Origin: Thermoproteota archaeon
GTDB taxonomy: Archaea; Korarchaeota; Korarchaeia; Korarchaeales; Korarchaeaceae
Length of the DNA: 64,000 bases
Direction of reading: 5' to 3'
Assembly: GCA_026986575.1 (NCBI GenBank)
Contig: JALSOH010000004.1
Location: 128,001 to 192,000 of the forward strand
Shown: one piece after another, positions 61,901 to 64,000 of the stretch
Position numbering within the stretch: position 1 is the first letter of the stretch
How the letters are laid out: each line of letters begins with the position of its first letter
Translations under genes and position numbers: made by a program
The notes under the pieces: model-generated
The model's input: the letters and a program-made list of their open reading frames with translations, nothing else
Database searches by the model: none
What the model was told of the DNA's origin: nothing

Positions 61901-63337
61901 ATGGCACAGCAAGTGGAGATCGTCAGGAGAGTCCTAAGTAGAGGCTATAACATATCTCCAGAGGCTTTGGCCCTCTTAATGGAGCGGGATATCGGGGAGG
62001 TAGACTCCTTACTAGATTTAATTCCTGATAAACCCGTAATAGAATTGCATGACTTGGAAGAGGCCTTAAGAAGGATGAGGAGGCGCGTGGAGAGGCAATC
62101 CTCTTATGCGACTGGAGAGGTCGTGGAAGGAGTAAGCGTCATTAAGGCTCCCACAAATTTGGGGGTAAAAGGAAGCTCGGAGGAGTTCGTGGAACTCATG
62201 AGGAAAAGGTTTCAGTTCCTGAAGTCTGTTCTCATGAGTAAGAGCGAGATAGATCCCATCCCCATATCTAATCTTCTGAATTCTACGTCTAGAAATGGAG
62301 ATAGAGTGCTCGTGGTTGGGATGGTCTTGGAGAAGCGAGTACTGAGAGACTTCTCCATAAGGATGGAAATAGATGACGAGAGCGGGTCGATCCCCGTCAT
62401 ATTCAAGAAGGGGAGTAGATATTGGGATAAGGCCGACAAGATTCCTGTAGATAGCGTGATAGCTGTCAGGGGAACCTTCATCAATGGAAAACTTTACGCC
62501 GACACTTTCAGGATCCCAGATCTCGATGGCAAGCTGGTGAAGCCGGGCTCGGCATCTGGAAGAGTTGCTCTCGTGAGCGACATCCATATGGGAAGTAAGT
62601 ACTTTAACGAGGAGGCCTTCGAGAGGTTCGTGAGGTGGTTGAACAGCGATCAGGCAAGAGATGTGAAGTATTTGATGATCTGCGGCGACTTAGTCGACGG
62701 TATTGGTGTATATCCTAATCAGGAGGAGGAGTTGAAGATATCAGATGTGTACAAGCAGTTCCAGCTGGCATCAGGGTTCTTGGAGAGGATCCCCAAGGAC
62801 ATCAAGGTAATCTATATACCCGGTAATCACGAGCCGGTCAGGCAGGCGGAGCCTCAACCAGTCGTCCCAGAGGAGTATTTGGATCACCTGTTGGAGGTTA
62901 GACCAGATCTCATAGCCCTTCCCAATCCGGCGATGATAGGTATAGGCGATGTACGTGTCCTGATCTATCACGGACGAAGTTTGAACGCCATCTTCAAGCA
63001 CATACCTGGATTGCAGCCCATAAGGCCCGAGACCGTCGTTGAAGCCATGAGATGGATCCTCAGGCTAAGGCACTTAGCTCCTATCTACGGAGAGCATCCA
63101 ATATCGCCAGAGAGTGAGGACTGGCTTCTAGTGGATCAGATACCCCATGTCCTCCATGTCGGCCATATTCACGTCTACGGAGTAGGGGAGTACAATGGGG
63201 TGAAGATAGTCAATTCTGGGACTTTTGAGAACGAGACTCCATACATAAAGAGTTTGGGGATTGAGGTGACTGTGGGGAAGGCCCCAATACTGGATCTAAA
63301 GAGTATGGAGATTGAGGTGAAGGATTTCTCCTCATAG
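61901..63337 (+). CDS. polD1: DNA polymerase D small subunit DP1
   Basis: OB fold; SDIH.GS, GDLVDG.G.YP.Q, PGNHE, YHG.S, RHLAP, GH.H. Confidence 0.95.
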   Translation: MAQQVEIVRRVLSRGYNISPEALALLMERDIGEVDSLLDLIPDKPVIELHDLEEALRRMRRRVERQSSYATGEVVEGVSVIKAPTNLGVKGSSEEFVELMRKRFQFLKSVLMSKSEIDPIPISNLLNSTSRNGDRVLVVGMVLEKRVLRDFSIRMEIDDESGSIPVIFKKGSRYWDKADKIPVDSVIAVRGTFINGKLYADTFRIPDLDGKLVKPGSASGRVALVSDIHMGSKYFNEEAFERFVRWLNSDQARDVKYLMICGDLVDGIGVYPNQEEELKISDVYKQFQLASGFLERIPKDIKVIYIPGNHEPVRQAEPQPVVPEEYLDHLLEVRPDLIALPNPAMIGIGDVRVLIYHGRSLNAIFKHIPGLQPIRPETVVEAMRWILRLRHLAPIYGEHPISPESEDWLLVDQIPHVLHVGHIHVYGVGEYNGVKIVNSGTFENETPYIKSLGIEVTVGKAPILDLKSMEIEVKDFSS

Positions 63338-63340
63338 CCG

Positions 63341-64000
63341 TTACCTTATGCCCATCTGGGCTAAGAGGTTCCTCATCTGCCTGAGGGGGAGGGCCATTTT
63401 CTTCACCACTTTTGTGTTCCCCCTAGCCCCCCCATATTGCATCTCTATCTCGACGAGACCTTGGGACTCCAGCTCCCTCAATATACCCGAGACCCTCCTC
63501 ATAGTCAGCGGCTTCACCCCGTACAAACTAGCCCTCTGTTCGTACGCCCGGTAGATGGTACCAGTTCCAGCCCTGACCACCGGTCGTTCGAGCACATCGG
63601 CGATGGCTGCTAGTATGAGCCTGTGGTGGAGAGGCAGGGTCCTGACAGTTATTGAGACCTCCTCCTCGTTGACCGTATCCACCGCCATGATAGCGTGCTT
63701 CTTCGTCAGTTTCTCAGCCCTCTCGTTCTCCGCTAGCTCAGCAGCCATCCTCAGAATGTCTATAGCCCTCCTAGCATCACCAGACTCTTGGGCTACCCTG
63801 CTAGCTATGTACTGCAAGGCTTCGTCCTCCCAAGTGCCGACCTTGAGCCCCAGATCCGCCCTCTGCCTGAGTATCTGATACAGCTGAGGATGGTTGTAGG
63901 GTGGGAACTGCAACCTGTTTGGTTCGAAGCTGCTCCTCTCCCTAGGATCTAACCTCTCAAGGAAGTCCATTGTGTTGCTGATGACCACCAAGCTTATGCT
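63341..64000 (-). CDS. cdc6: Orc1/Cdc6 replication initiator, C-terminal part (partial)
   Basis: F.PY...QL..IL..R, GDARRAID, wHTH GGARG.T. Confidence 0.93.
   Translation of the reverse strand, partial: SISLVVISNTMDFLERLDPRERSSFEPNRLQFPPYNHPQLYQILRQRADLGLKVGTWEDEALQYIASRVAQESGDARRAIDILRMAAELAENERAEKLTKKHAIMAVDTVNEEEVSITVRTLPLHHRLILAAIADVLERPVVRAGTGTIYRAYEQRASLYGVKPLTMRRVSGILRELESQGLVEIEMQYGGARGNTKVVKKMALPLRQMRNLLAQMGIR

Overview
Archaeal chromosome segment, most likely Korarchaeota. This is inferred from FtsZ and PolD occurring together with a very GC-rich 16S-23S operon that lacks a spacer tRNA. Roughly 1-21.3 kb and 39.2-64 kb are housekeeping: RIO1/KH/Topo VI, TyrRS, ribosomal-protein and FtsZ clusters, the rRNA operon with BHB processing stems, KEOPS genes, FEN1, sucCD, ValRS, PolD DP1 and cdc6. 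Eleven tRNAs lie in the window (one with a D-loop intron), along with RNase P RNA and three candidate guide sRNAs. The 21.3-39.2 kb interval is mostly a lower-GC accessory region. Its main signal is two separate gene clusters built like bacterial head-to-tail circular bacteriocin loci. One has a small hydrophobic precursor + SpoIIM/DUF95 + Yip1-like protein + ABC exporter. The other has a precursor + M48 peptidase + SpoIIM/DUF95 + Yip1-like protein. The same region also holds a Tat-exported, 18-Cys halocin-C8-like precursor with a putative immunity protein, decayed toxin-antitoxin modules, a frameshifted LAGLIDADG gene and two att-like tRNA-Arg fragments. Elsewhere, an intact tRNA-Arg sits in frame inside the 5' end of a CDS, and an HD-hydrolase/YwgA-like pair lies between two convergent tRNAs. 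All calls come from motif reading by eye; no database searches were run.
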